Shown here: one piece after another, positions 1 to 10,150 of the stretch
Numbering within the stretch: the first letter of the stretch is position 1
Layout of the letters: each line of letters begins with the position of its first letter
Origin: Spirochaetia bacterium
GTDB taxonomy: Bacteria > Spirochaetota > Spirochaetia > SZUA-6 > Bin103
Length of the DNA stretch: 64,000 nt
Reading direction: 5' to 3'
Assembly: GCA_965203905.1 (NCBI GenBank)
Contig: CBDBDQ010000005.1
Coordinates: forward strand, 4,608,001-4,672,000
Notes under the pieces: generated by a model
The model's database searches: none
Told to the model about the DNA's origin: nothing
Seen by the model: only the letters and a program-made list of their open reading frames with translations
Made by a program: the position numbers and the translations under genes

Positions 1-420
1 GTAGCGCGCGGTATCGCGCGCCGGCCAGCCGCCGCGGCGCTGCAGGCCCTGCGGCAGGTCCCAGTGGTACAGGGTCGGGAGCGGGGTGATGCCATGCTCC
101 AGCAGCGCGTCGGTCAGGGAGTCGTAGAAGTCGAGCCCGGGGCGGTTCACCGCTCCGTGACCGCGTGGGTAGATGCGCGGCCAGGCGATCGAGAAGCGGT
201 AGGCGCCTAAGCCGAGGCGCGCCATCAGCGCCACGTCCTCGCGGTAGCGGTGGTAGTGGTCGCAGGCGACCGCGGGAGTGGCGCCGGCGGCCACCCGACC
301 GGGACGGCGCGCGAAGCGGTCCCAGATCGAGTCGCCGCGTCCGTCTTCGCCGCCGCCGCCTTCGATCTGGCAGGCGGAGGTGGCGGCACCCCACAGGAAG
401 TCGTCCGGAAACGGCGTCAC
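1..420 (-). CDS. GH1 beta-glucosidase, N-terminal part (runs off the left window edge)
   Basis: Manual translation from GTG 420: [21 protein letters not shown]…SIWDRF…[12 protein letters not shown]…[10 protein letters not shown]…TLYHWDLPQ, the classic GH1 motifs. Not in the ORF track because it has no stop in the window. Confidence 0.93.
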   Translation of the reverse strand, partial: MTPFPDDFLWGAATSACQIEGGGGEDGRGDSIWDRFARRPGRVAAGATPAVACDHYHRYREDVALMARLGLGAYRFSIAWPRIYPRGHGAVNRPGLDFYDSLTDALLEHGITPLPTLYHWDLPQGLQRRGGWPARDTARY

Positions 421-440
421 GGCCGTGGCCCCGGCGTCCG

Positions 441-1406
441 CTACTGCTCGCTGGGGACGATCAGGATGCGGCCGTCCTCTTCCACCAGCTTCACGCGGCC
501 GCCGATGCGGTAGGCGTCGCGCATGTCGTCGGGGATCTGCAGGCGCCCGGCGGAATCCAGCAGGGTGAAGTGTTCGTGGCTGGCGTCGTCCGTGCCCGCC
601 GCCGCGTCTTCATCCTCACCGTCGCTCGCCGCGTCGGCGCCGGCGGCTGCTGCCGATCCCGCGCGCAGCGCTGCAACCGCTTCCGCGGTGCCCTGCTCGG
701 TGTAGGTCACCGCGACCCGCCGCACCGACTCGGTGCTGGTCTTGCCATCGCGTATCTGCACGTAGCGGTCGAGGGCGCGCGCCATCGAGGTGTCGTGGGT
801 CACGATCACCACCGTGACCCCCAGTTCGTTGCGCACCGTGTCGAACACCTCCAGGAGGCGAATCGTGTTCTCGGTGTCGAGCGAGCCGGTGGGCTCGTCG
901 GCCAGCAGCACGGTGGGCTCGTTGGCCAGGCCGATGGCGATGGCGACCCGCTGCTGCTCGCCGCCGGACATGGTCACCGGGCGGTGGTGCAGCCGATGGC
1001 CGAGGCCTACCAGCTCCAGCAGCCGCACCGCGCGCCGGTGGTCGAAGCGTCCCGCCAGGATCATCGGCAGCTGCACGTTCTCCACCGCGGTGAGGTAGGG
1101 GATCAGGTTGCGGCTCACATTCTGCCACACGAAGCCGACGCTGCGGCGCCGGTAGCGCAGCCGCTGGCGCTCGGAGATGCGGATCAGGTCGATGCCGTCC
1201 ACCACCGCCTTGCCCGCCGACGGTACGTCCAGCCCGCCGAGCACGTTCATGAGGGTGGTCTTGCCGCTGCCGCTGGGCCCGATGATGCCCATCACCTCGC
1301 CGCGCCGGATGGTGAGATCCAGGCCCTGCAGCGCCACCACCTCCACGTCCTCGATCTTGTAGATCTTGACCAGGCCCTCGCAGCGGATGAACTCGTCCGT
1401 CGCCAC
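441..1406 (-). CDS. ABC transporter ATP-binding protein (LolD/MacB-type) with C-terminal AbrB-like extension
   Basis: Walker A GPSGSGKT, signature [20 protein letters not shown]-terminal [11 protein letters not shown]…[14 protein letters not shown] resembles the AbrB/SpoVT fold. Confidence 0.9.
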   Translation of the reverse strand: MATDEFIRCEGLVKIYKIEDVEVVALQGLDLTIRRGEVMGIIGPSGSGKTTLMNVLGGLDVPSAGKAVVDGIDLIRISERQRLRYRRRSVGFVWQNVSRNLIPYLTAVENVQLPMILAGRFDHRRAVRLLELVGLGHRLHHRPVTMSGGEQQRVAIAIGLANEPTVLLADEPTGSLDTENTIRLLEVFDTVRNELGVTVVIVTHDTSMARALDRYVQIRDGKTSTESVRRVAVTYTEQGTAEAVAALRAGSAAAAGADAASDGEDEDAAAGTDDASHEHFTLLDSAGRLQIPDDMRDAYRIGGRVKLVEEDGRILIVPSEQ

Positions 1407-1412
1407 GGGCTG

Positions 1413-4400
1413 CTAACTCTCCTCTCCCAGGCGCAGGGCGCTGGCCAGCCGGGCGCGCACCAGGAACAGCGCCAGCGCGACCACCGCGAACAGGAACGCG
1501 GCACCGACGATCACCACCATCCGGGTCAGATCGGTCAGGTCGGTCACGATCAGGAAGGGCGGCACCGGCTGCACCTCGCTGGTGCGGTCGCGCAGAAACG
1601 GCAGGAACAGCGTGGTGGCGACGTTGCCGGCGGCGATGCCGATCACCAGGCCAATCCCTACCGTCAGGATCTGCTCCAGGGCCACCACGCCGACGGTCTG
1701 AACCAGGGACAGGCCGTTGGCGCGCAGCGCGCCGAACTGTATCAGCCGCTGGCGGGTGGTGTAGATGGTGTACACCACGAACGCCAGCACCGCCACCAAC
1801 GCCGCCGCCAGGAAGCCGATGGTAAGGATGCCGAAGAAGCCGCGCCGGTAGGGCTCGCGGTGCAGCTCGCGCAGGATCTGCTCGGTGTCCAGCACCTGCC
1901 ACGGCCACACCCCGACCGACGGCAGCCGCTCCAGGATCCGGGGGATGAACTCAGGCGCCGAGACCGTGTACCAGGAGTCGTAGGGCTCCAACGCGATGAA
2001 GTCCTGCACGTGGTCGAGATTGAGGATCACGAACGACCGCGACTCCGGGTTGAGCGACGGCCAGTAGGGCACGGTGCCCACGACGTACGCCTCGATCGGC
2101 TGGTTGTTGTAGTTGATGGTGATGCGGTCGCCCGGCTCCAGCTTGCCGCGGCGCTTCAACTCCGAGCTGACCAGGGCACCTTCGCGATGCTTTCCGAGCT
2201 GAACCAGGTAATCGTAGAAGTGGGGATCGAACAGGTCGTTGCGGTACCACGCGACGCGCGCGAACTCGTGCGGCACGATCGCCATCATGGTCACCGAGCC
2301 GGCGTGCAGGGAGGCGTTGCGCGCCTCGGCGCGGCGCATCAGTACCCGCGCCGCGCCGGTCACTCCCTCGATTTCGAGACGCTTGAAGAAGGGCGGCTCG
2401 GTCTCGGCCGGGTTGCGCGGCTGATCCGGACCGGTGGGCAGCGTCGGCCCGCCCCCGGGGCCCGCCGCAAACTGCTCCGGCGGCTCCCAGGCCTCCCGCA
2501 CCACCAGGTCGGCTCCGTGCTGATAGCGGATCCGGTCCTCGAAGTTGACCAGCAGGGTACGCGCCGTCGAACCGTTGTAGATGCCCATGGCGACGGTGAG
2601 GAGCAGCAGCACCAGCAGCGACACGTACTGGCCGCCGCTGCGGCTGAGGCGCCGGAAGGTGAGCTGCAGCACGATGCCGCGGAAGCGGTTGCTGAGCCAG
2701 CCGAGGCCGGCCATCGCCAGCGGGTAGAGGCGCAGGAACAGCAACCCGCCGCCGATGAAGAACGCCACCGGCACCAGGAACAGGATCGGATCGGCTACCA
2801 CCGTAGCGTCGCCGGTGAGCCGTACCTGCTGCCAGCGCAGCGCGCTGTAACCGTAGAAGGCGAGGCCGAGCAGGATCACGTCGAGGAAGTAGCGGTGCCA
2901 GAATGAGCGCCGCATCCCGCGTGCCTGCACCTGGCGCAGGGTCACGATGGAGAAGCGCGAGCTGGCGATCACCGGGGCGATCGCCGCCGCCACCGCGACC
3001 ACCGTAGCCAGCAGCGCAAAGCGCTGCGACTGCTCGGTGACCACCAGCGGGAGCTGCTCGGCCTGGCTCTCGGCTTCCGCGGTGAACTCCAGAAAGCCCT
3101 GCGCGCTGGCCACCACGCGGCCGATGTGGAGGCCCAGGTGGGGGCCGATCAGCGCGGCGATGGCGGCCAGCAGGATCCACTCCAGGGTGAAGCTTGCCAG
3201 CACCTGCACGCGGCCGGCCCCGCGGCTGTGCAGCACCGAAATCTCTCCCACGCGGCGTTCCACCGCCAGGGCGGCAATCAGCATGACGTAGACCAGGATC
3301 ATGCCGATGGTGGGAGCCGCCAGCGAGAACAGGTACAGAGACACCTCGTCCAGGATGGTCTTGAAGTGCTGGAAGAACTCCAGTGGTGCCAGCCAGTAGG
3401 CGGTGTAGGTGCCCTGGGAGTTGGATGGGACCAGCTCCGCCGCACGTGCCTCGATCGCCTGCAGATCGGAGATCAGGCCGCCTACCTGATCGATTCGCAC
3501 CAGGCGGTCGTCGAACACCCACTGCAGGTCGAAGGTGGAGGTGCGCAGTCCCGCGCTCTGCATGTCGCGGAACGCCTCGGGAAGCATGAACAGCCGCCCC
3601 GGCAGCGGCGGATAGATCCACTCGCGGGTGGTGACCGAGGACTTGTCGGGGGTGCCGTCGCCGTCCTCGTCGATGGTCAGCTCCGGGCGGAACATCCCCA
3701 CCACTTCGATCGGCGTCACGGCGAAGCGCTGCTGCCGGAACTGTTCGACCCGGAGACTGGCAAACTCCTCGTCCGGAAGGAGCTGGTAGGCCCACACGTA
3801 GCGGCCGCCCACCACCAGCTCCAGGTCGTCGAGGGTCTTTTCGTCGGCCACCACCTCCACCACGCCGTCGGCGCGTGGCGCATACCAGCGGCCCACGCGT
3901 ATCTCCGAGTAGTCGACCAGGTTGCTCAGGAACGAGAGTTCGGCGCGGGTGGCACGTCCTGCCGGATCGGCGGCCTCGTTCAGGAGCACGAAGTCGCTGC
4001 CGAAGCTGCCGTAGAAGGAGGTGGCGAGGGCCGGGTGACCGATGCGCCCGCGCAGCTCGCCGTCGAGGTAGCGCTGCAGGCGTTCGAGGCGCTCGTAGGT
4101 GACCGGCTCGCGGCGCCGGCTGTTGCGGTGCGCCACGATGACCGCGAAGGGCGGCCGAAAGTCATCATCCGCGTGCCAGTGCTCGATGAAGCTGCGCTGC
4201 AGGCCGCCGGCGGTGTAGATGGGGACGGCGGCGGCGAGGCCGGCAACCAGCACCAGCCCGGCCAGCAGGGCTCCCAGCAGGCGCCAGTTGCGCGCCATCC
4301 GCTGCAGCGTGATCCACAGGACGGTGAGCGGATACAGGACTATGGCGGCCGGGGCCAGCCCGCGTTCGCGCCGAGACCCGACGCGTCCGTAGCTGAGCAC

Positions 4401-4514
4401 CGGTGTGGCGTCGGCGCCGTCACCCACGGGTTCGGGGCTCGCCGGCTCGGCAGCGCCCGCCGGTGGCGCGGAGCCGGGCGGGCTGATGCCGCCGGTGGCG
4501 GCGCTGCCGCTCAC
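1413..4514 (-). CDS. FtsX-like ABC transporter permease (two FtsX repeats)
   Basis: 1033 aa, multiple TM segments, two FtsX-type motifs (RRVGEISVLHSRGA; RQRLIQFGALRANGLS), in an operon with ATPases and a membrane-fusion protein. Confidence 0.88.
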   Translation of the reverse strand: MSGSAATGGISPPGSAPPAGAAEPASPEPVGDGADATPVLSYGRVGSRRERGLAPAAIVLYPLTVLWITLQRMARNWRLLGALLAGLVLVAGLAAAVPIYTAGGLQRSFIEHWHADDDFRPPFAVIVAHRNSRRREPVTYERLERLQRYLDGELRGRIGHPALATSFYGSFGSDFVLLNEAADPAGRATRAELSFLSNLVDYSEIRVGRWYAPRADGVVEVVADEKTLDDLELVVGGRYVWAYQLLPDEEFASLRVEQFRQQRFAVTPIEVVGMFRPELTIDEDGDGTPDKSSVTTREWIYPPLPGRLFMLPEAFRDMQSAGLRTSTFDLQWVFDDRLVRIDQVGGLISDLQAIEARAAELVPSNSQGTYTAYWLAPLEFFQHFKTILDEVSLYLFSLAAPTIGMILVYVMLIAALAVERRVGEISVLHSRGAGRVQVLASFTLEWILLAAIAALIGPHLGLHIGRVVASAQGFLEFTAEAESQAEQLPLVVTEQSQRFALLATVVAVAAAIAPVIASSRFSIVTLRQVQARGMRRSFWHRYFLDVILLGLAFYGYSALRWQQVRLTGDATVVADPILFLVPVAFFIGGGLLFLRLYPLAMAGLGWLSNRFRGIVLQLTFRRLSRSGGQYVSLLVLLLLTVAMGIYNGSTARTLLVNFEDRIRYQHGADLVVREAWEPPEQFAAGPGGGPTLPTGPDQPRNPAETEPPFFKRLEIEGVTGAARVLMRRAEARNASLHAGSVTMMAIVPHEFARVAWYRNDLFDPHFYDYLVQLGKHREGALVSSELKRRGKLEPGDRITINYNNQPIEAYVVGTVPYWPSLNPESRSFVILNLDHVQDFIALEPYDSWYTVSAPEFIPRILERLPSVGVWPWQVLDTEQILRELHREPYRRGFFGILTIGFLAAALVAVLAFVVYTIYTTRQRLIQFGALRANGLSLVQTVGVVALEQILTVGIGLVIGIAAGNVATTLFLPFLRDRTSEVQPVPPFLIVTDLTDLTRMVVIVGAAFLFAVVALALFLVRARLASALRLGEES

Positions 4515-5566
4515 TTGCCGATCACCAGTTGACCCGCCTCCAGCCCACTCAGAATCTCCACCTGGGTGTCCGTGCGGACCCCCACCTGGACGTCGACTTC
4601 ACGCCGCTGCTCACCTTCGAGCAACCTGACGTAGGTGCGCTCGCGAAACTCGCGCAGCCCGGCGGCCGGGATCACCAGAGTCTGCGGCCGGCTCTCGATC
4701 ACCACGCGGGCGGTGAGACGGGCCTGAGCACGCATCTCGATGTCGGTTTCCTCCAGGGCGAGGTGGACGATGTACTCGTCGCGGCGCAGGGTGGGGTCGG
4801 TGGCCTGGTTGCGGCTGGTGACGGCGGTCACCGCGCCCGGCTCCCAGGAGCCGCGGGTCACCTCCACCAGCGCCGGCTGGCCGGCCACGATGCGCTCGAA
4901 CTCGTCGATATTGACCCGCATCTGCAGTTCCAGCTCGGTCGGGTCGGACACCTCGATGATGGTCTTGTACTCCTGGACCAGTTCCCCCACCTTGCCGCGC
5001 ACGGTTTTCACATAGCCGGTATAGGGGGCCCGGATCACGTAGGCGCCGACGCGGTCGCGCAGATAGTCGGTGCGGATTTCCTGCTTGGAGAGCTCCAGTT
5101 GGTTGACGACGCGCTCGGTGCGGGTGACGTTGCCGGCGCTCAGGGCCTCGTGGCGCAGGCGGGCAATCTCGAGGTCGATCTCGGCCAGGCGCAGTTCCTG
5201 CTCCAGGTCGGAACTCTCCAGTCGTGCCAGCACCTGGCCTTCGCCCACCTCGTCGCGCACGCCCACGTTGAGCTCCGTGAGACGCCCCGGCTCCCGAAAG
5301 TACAGTTCCACCTCGCGGGTGGGGGTGACCACCGCGGTGCCGCGCACCTCGACCGCGAGGTCGATGCGCTCCACCTCGTAGGTGACCGCGCGCGAGCGCA
5401 GCGGGATCGACGGCAGTTCGCGCAAGCCCTCCTGTTCATCCTCGGGAAGGGCACTGCAGGAGGCAAGCAGGGCGGCCAACAGCAGCAACGCGACCGCGCG
5501 TAGCGCGGCCGCTAGCCGCCACGCGCCGGTCGCGCGCCCGCCGCGGCTGCACCGAAACCGCGTCAC
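4511..5566 (-). CDS. Efflux RND/ABC periplasmic adaptor (membrane fusion lipoprotein)
   Basis: Lipobox LLASC, lipoyl-like halves (VGVRDEVGEGQVLARL; IRAPYTGYV), C-terminal VQVGVRTDTQVEILSGLEAGQLV. Confidence 0.88.
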   Translation of the reverse strand: MTRFRCSRGGRATGAWRLAAALRAVALLLLAALLASCSALPEDEQEGLRELPSIPLRSRAVTYEVERIDLAVEVRGTAVVTPTREVELYFREPGRLTELNVGVRDEVGEGQVLARLESSDLEQELRLAEIDLEIARLRHEALSAGNVTRTERVVNQLELSKQEIRTDYLRDRVGAYVIRAPYTGYVKTVRGKVGELVQEYKTIIEVSDPTELELQMRVNIDEFERIVAGQPALVEVTRGSWEPGAVTAVTSRNQATDPTLRRDEYIVHLALEETDIEMRAQARLTARVVIESRPQTLVIPAAGLREFRERTYVRLLEGEQRREVDVQVGVRTDTQVEILSGLEAGQLVIGK

Positions 5567-6252
5567 GCCGCACTCCGTTCGGTGCTGAGCATGCCGTCGC
5601 GCATGCCGTACACCTCGTCGGCGAAGTCGGCGGCGGTGGGGTCGTGGCTGGTCACGCAGACCGCGATGTTGCGCTCCCGCGCCATGGTGCGCAGCAGCGC
5701 CAGCACGCCCTGTCCGGTTGCCTGATCCAGCTCTCCGGTAGGCTCGTCCGCCAGCAGCAGTTCCGGCTCCTTGACCAGTGCGCGGGCGATGGCCACGCGC
5801 TGCTGCTCGCCGCCGCTGAGCTCGTAGATGCGGTGATGGGCGCGCGGCGCGAGTCCCACCAGGTCGAGATAGTGCAGCGCGCGCTCACCGGCGACGCGTG
5901 GGTTGGCCCCGGCGATACGCAACGGCACGTCGACGTTCTCCGCCGCCGTGAGTCCGGGAATCAGCGCAAACGCCTGGAAGATGAACGCCGCCTTGGTGCG
6001 GCGCCAGCGGGTCATCTCGCGTTCCGAGAAGTGGTGCAGGTCGCGCTCCAGGTAGAACACGACGCCGGAGGTGGGCCGGTCCAGCCCGCCGATCAGGTTG
6101 AGCAGGGTGGTCTTGCCCGAGCCCGACTTGCCGCGGATCAGGGCGAAGTGGCCGGGGGTCAACTCCATGTTGACCGCGCGCACGGCCTGCACCCGTTCCT
6201 GGCCGAGCACGAACTCGCGCGAGACGTTGGAGGTACGAATCAGAGGTGGCAT
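5563..6252 (-). CDS. ABC transporter ATP-binding protein (LolD-type)
   Basis: GKSGSGKT, LSGGEQQR, LLADEPT, SHD. Start placed at ATG 6252 (MPPLIRTS). Confidence 0.9.
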   Translation of the reverse strand: MPPLIRTSNVSREFVLGQERVQAVRAVNMELTPGHFALIRGKSGSGKTTLLNLIGGLDRPTSGVVFYLERDLHHFSEREMTRWRRTKAAFIFQAFALIPGLTAAENVDVPLRIAGANPRVAGERALHYLDLVGLAPRAHHRIYELSGGEQQRVAIARALVKEPELLLADEPTGELDQATGQGVLALLRTMARERNIAVCVTSHDPTAADFADEVYGMRDGMLSTERSAA

Positions 6253-6262
6253 ACGAGTCGGA

Positions 6263-6721
6263 TCAGGATCGCGACGCCGAGGGGCGCCGTCGCAGCACAA
6301 TAGCAGCAACCACGGCGGCACCGCCAGCGACCAGCGGCACCAGGGTGTATGCGTCGATGCCGAAGGTGGGCACACCCACGGGTATGATCGCCACCAGCAC
6401 GCGGGTGAAGCCGATCCACATCAGCTGCAGCCCGAACACCAGGGCGAAGCGCGCCCCGAGCTGGCCATAGTCGCGGCTGCGCTCGTAGCCCGCCTGAATC
6501 ACGATGATCAGCACGATGACCGCCAGGCCCATGAAGAACATGCCCACCATGTCGCCGGTGCGCAGCAGCGCCGACACCCGGAACGCGCTCATGTCACGAT
6601 CCGTGGCCAGGAAGTAGAAGAACGCGAACAGCGTCTTGTACAGGTCGCGCGTGGCGACGAAAACCAGCAGGAACAGGCCGAAGTTGAACAGGGTGAGAAC
6701 GTATCCCAGGACACGGCGCAT
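6263..6721 (-). CDS. Hypothetical 4-TM membrane protein heading the exporter operon
   Basis: 152 aa with four hydrophobic segments, GGGAGAG upstream of ATG, co-oriented with the ABC genes. Confidence 0.75.
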   Translation of the reverse strand: MRRVLGYVLTLFNFGLFLLVFVATRDLYKTLFAFFYFLATDRDMSAFRVSALLRTGDMVGMFFMGLAVIVLIIVIQAGYERSRDYGQLGARFALVFGLQLMWIGFTRVLVAIIPVGVPTFGIDAYTLVPLVAGGAAVVAAIVLRRRPSASRS

Positions 6722-6866
6722 GCTCTCCCATTAATGTATGATCCGCGCCCCGGAATACAACCCCGAGGTCCCGGGTAGACGAATTCGGGCGCGATCGAAT
6801 GAGCCTGAGCGGCGCCGGGGCCGGCTCGAACTTGCTCGCCACACCGATTTCAGGTACACAGCGACC

Positions 6867-7655
6867 ATGACGCAGCGAGAGTCGTTTCTGTTCGACCTGT
6901 GGGGATACGTCGTGATCGAGGGGGTGCTGGGGGCCGACGAGCTGCAGCGTGCCAACGCCGCCGTCGACCACTACGCGGAGCTGATACAAAACCGTGAGCC
7001 GGGTCTCGCCGGGGGCTCCACCGTGTTGGCCCGGGAGGCGGGACGCGGCGAGTTTGTTGAGAATCCACTCACCTTCGAGCGTCCCTGGTGCGAGCCGTTT
7101 CGTGCCATGCTTGCCCATCCGCGCAGCATCGACATCTTCAATGAGATTCTTGGCCCCGGGTATCGTCTCGACCACGGCCCCGGCTTCATCCGCATGACCC
7201 GGGGTACCGAGGGCCACCAGTTGCACGGCAGCATGACCTTCGATGCCAGCCAGTATCACCATTTCATCGACGGGCGCGTGCAGTGCGGCCTGTGCGTCGC
7301 CGCCTGGCAACTCACCGAGGTGCGCGCCGGCGACGGCGGCTTTGCCTGCATCCCCGGCAGCCACAAGGCGAACTACCGCCCGCCGTACGAAGTGCTCCGT
7401 CTGGAGGAGAATTGGGGCTGCGTGCACCAGGTGGTGGCCCCGGCTGGGTCGCTGGTGATCTTCAACGAGGCCCTGGTCCACGGCACACTGCCGTGGCAGC
7501 CGGCGGACCGGGAACGACGCTCGGTCCTGTTCAAGTACTCCCCCGGCTTCATCGCCTGGGGCTCGCCGCAGGAGATACCGATTGCCGATCCCACACCGGA
7601 GGAGACGGCGCTCTACGACTTCCCGCGGCGCACCGACCGCACCGAGCTGGGTTAA
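6867..7655 (+). CDS. Phytanoyl-CoA dioxygenase (PhyH) family Fe(II)/2OG dioxygenase
   Basis: FDLWGYVVIEGVL, IPGSHK, AGSLVIFNEALVHGT, RRSVLFKY. Start ATG 6867. Confidence 0.85.
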   Translation: MTQRESFLFDLWGYVVIEGVLGADELQRANAAVDHYAELIQNREPGLAGGSTVLAREAGRGEFVENPLTFERPWCEPFRAMLAHPRSIDIFNEILGPGYRLDHGPGFIRMTRGTEGHQLHGSMTFDASQYHHFIDGRVQCGLCVAAWQLTEVRAGDGGFACIPGSHKANYRPPYEVLRLEENWGCVHQVVAPAGSLVIFNEALVHGTLPWQPADRERRSVLFKYSPGFIAWGSPQEIPIADPTPEETALYDFPRRTDRTELG

Positions 7656-8236
7656 ACCGGTCCCAGCAGCTCTTCGGTACTGACGACGAGATCCGGGAAT
7701 GCGTCCGGCGAGAGGGATTCTCCTCTTGCTGACGCCAGCGACTCGCCGTACCCGGAAGGGGTCGGACCGCGCAGCACCAGGACGCGCTCGCCGTTGACAT
7801 CCACGATCCACAGCTCGCGCACGCCGCGCCGGGCATAGACTGCGGCCTTCTCGTCCCGGTCGAAGCGCAACGAGGTGTCAGCCACTTCGACGACCAGCAG
7901 CGCCTCATACTGGGATGGATGCCCGGCGGCGTAGAAGTCGTCCCGCGGCGTCAGCAGTTGCAGGTCCGGCTGCGGCTCGGTGATCGGCGCCAGCCGCAAC
8001 GGGCCCTGCACCCTGACAATGGCACGGTCGGCTACACGCGTCACGAACAGTCGGTTGAGGCGGTCGACCACCGCCTGGTGCCTGCTGCCGATGGGCGACA
8101 TCTGAATGACCTCTCCTTCGATCAGTTCGACGCGGTCATCCTCGCCGATGATGCCGGCGCGAGCCATGGCGTAATAGTCGTCGACCGTGAACAGTTTCTT
8201 CTTCACTGCCGTCAACATCCGTCGCTCCGTACTCAC
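7652..8236 (-). CDS. Uma2 family PD-(D/E)XK endonuclease
   Basis: FTVDDYYAM…RVELIEGEV, PQPDL, LVVEVADTSLRFDRDEKAAVYARRGVRELWIVD. Confidence 0.92.
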   Translation of the reverse strand: MSTERRMLTAVKKKLFTVDDYYAMARAGIIGEDDRVELIEGEVIQMSPIGSRHQAVVDRLNRLFVTRVADRAIVRVQGPLRLAPITEPQPDLQLLTPRDDFYAAGHPSQYEALLVVEVADTSLRFDRDEKAAVYARRGVRELWIVDVNGERVLVLRGPTPSGYGESLASARGESLSPDAFPDLVVSTEELLGPV

Positions 8237-8252
8237 ACGCTATATCGGCAGG

Positions 8253-8298
8253 CGGTATCGCGTCCAATGCTACCGACACACACGCCTCAGGAGTAGGG
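8253..8298. repeat. Direct repeat copy A (oppC 3' end plus promoter-like tract)
   Basis: 43/46 nt identical to 15501-15546: 27-nt exact block CGGTATCGCGTCCAATGCTACCGACAC and 12-nt exact block TCAGGAGTAGGG. Confidence 0.9.
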
Positions 8299-8398
8299 AT
8301 CGGATCGAATCCAGGAAGCTTGTGCTCCGGGTCCGCGCTCACGCCCTGTCTTAGTTAGGGCGCTTGCGCGCCCGCGGGCGGCGAATTGACCTGAAGCG

Positions 8399-8835
8399 AT
8401 GCGGATCGCCAATCCGATGTACGACGCCGCCTTCAAGTACCTGATGGACGACCAGGCAGCGGCGCGGCTGCTGGTCGGGGCGGTGCTGGGCGAGGAAGTG
8501 GTGCTGCCGCAGGAGCACGCGGCGCGGTCGTCGCCAGCGGCACCGGCCGCTGCGGGCGATCTACATCCTGGGGGAGTGCCTGCCGCGCACGGCGACGACG
8601 GTGCTGCGGGTGGCGCGGGAGTACGTGGGCGGGGTGAGCGGGGAGCGGCTGAGCGAGCGGGAAGAGTTCGTGGAGGCGTTGAGCCACGATTGCTCGGTGG
8701 TGCAGGTGCCGCTGCTGGCGTCGCGGCGGAGGACGGACCTGGAGCGGCTGCTGAGTGTGTTCGACCAGGAGTTGCGGGTGCCGGGTGACCGGCACGTGCT
8801 GGAGGTGGACGAGCGGGAGATACCGGAGGAGATAT
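8399..8835 (+). pseudogene. Degenerate Rpn/PD-(D/E)XK transposase-like nuclease gene
   Basis: MRIANPMYDAAFKYLMDD…LLVGAVLGEEVV, then a frame change to RPLRAIYILGECLP…EFVEALSHDCSVVQVP…LERLLSVFDQ. Short, frameshifted and apparently truncated at the 3' end. Confidence 0.65.
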
Positions 8836-9170
8836 CGACCCGGACCTATTATCGCGATTTCATGAAGACTCCCGGTTACGGCGGTCGGTCACCGCGCGGG
8901 GGCGCCACACCCGATCCCGAGGTGGTCCGATGTGGCGCTCGTCACTGGGTCCGCCGACTTCCGTGATCGACGAACAACTCAACCTCGTTCGGCCATAGCC
9001 CAACTCAATGGACACTCACTATACGGATCGAAGGTGCGCGATGTTACCGAAGCCCTCTCGTGCTCGGCCACTGGAACGCTATATTCCGTTGCAACCGAAG
9101 TACCGCCTCGGTCTATCCATGGGGTTGTGGTAAACCCACCGTGATGGTTCTAGGTCTGAAATGTGTACCA

Positions 9171-10082
9171 CTAAGAAAGTTTGACGAAGAGGTCCCTAAA
9201 TATCGGATTCCTGTGTAGGAATGTAGCGCTCCTCATAAGGTGCCGGGAATGATCCACACTCCAGGTGTGTTGATCGGTTAGGATCGGACTATGTGTAATC
9301 GTACTCGGTACCCAGTCCGAATTAACCAACCAGGCTATAGTAGAAATATCCCATATTTCTTTTGCCCAGGCAAAATGGTCTGCGGAGTAATCACAGAATA
9401 TTCTAAAGAGATAGTCACCAATCCTGCTCTTGCCCTTCAAATAGGCTGCGAGTTCTGGAACGGTTGTAAGCAGGTGTGAGCTCACTCCCAGGCATGGCAC
9501 CTGCACAAGCGGAACACCGCAATCAAAGATCAGGCGAGACGATACGATGTCCTGATCCGAATTGAAGTCGGGCGCCGTCTGGGGCCAATAGATGGGATGA
9601 CCAGCGAGCCACACCACGACGATTTTTTTCACAATATCCGGTTCGATCAGAATCGCTGAGGCGACGTTGGTTATGGCTCCAATTGCCACCACATACAGAG
9701 GCTCATCAGTCGGTTGCATCGCCCTAGCGACGAGATCCAAAGCAGCTTCACTTTTATATGGTTTATCCAAATTCTGTAAGAAGCCCTCCGATCCCTTGAA
9801 TGCGAATTGCTCAATGGAGATGTCCAATCGCTCTAACAGTCTAACTATCTCCGCATAGCTCTTGTCCATCCCGTCAGCGGGACCTGATGATCTACTATTG
9901 AGAAAAGGAGCAGCATAAATCGCCTCGACACTCAGGTGGTCGGTGGATCGCAGTGCATAAGCGACAGCAAATTGATCATCGATTTCGTTATAAGTGTCTG
10001 TATCCAGCACTGTCCTGACTTTGCTCGTAGGCGGCAACAATCTATCGAGTCGGTATTCATCGCTCAATTCAGGAAATCTCAT
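9171..10082 (-). CDS. Nucleoside hydrolase (IUNH family)
   Basis: N-terminal VLDTDTYNEIDDQFA motif, VAIGAITNVA, IWDISTIAW. Confidence 0.9.
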   Translation of the reverse strand: MRFPELSDEYRLDRLLPPTSKVRTVLDTDTYNEIDDQFAVAYALRSTDHLSVEAIYAAPFLNSRSSGPADGMDKSYAEIVRLLERLDISIEQFAFKGSEGFLQNLDKPYKSEAALDLVARAMQPTDEPLYVVAIGAITNVASAILIEPDIVKKIVVVWLAGHPIYWPQTAPDFNSDQDIVSSRLIFDCGVPLVQVPCLGVSSHLLTTVPELAAYLKGKSRIGDYLFRIFCDYSADHFAWAKEIWDISTIAWLVNSDWVPSTITHSPILTDQHTWSVDHSRHLMRSATFLHRNPIFRDLFVKLS

Positions 10083-10150
10083 GACACCTCCAAAGTGTAC
10101 AAAGTTGTACGATCATTTCCACCTCCTACGATATCGTGCGTATCAGTGTT

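Noticed and set aside
165-2906. 913-aa plus-strand ORF, and similar long ORFs such as 14206-16665, 16662-19334, 51987-53714 and 54993-57020
   Set aside because: Antisense shadows of well-supported genes, as expected at high GC; no recognisable motifs.
7652-8236. Restriction-modification system around Uma2
   Set aside because: No methyltransferase nearby; solitary Uma2 genes are common.
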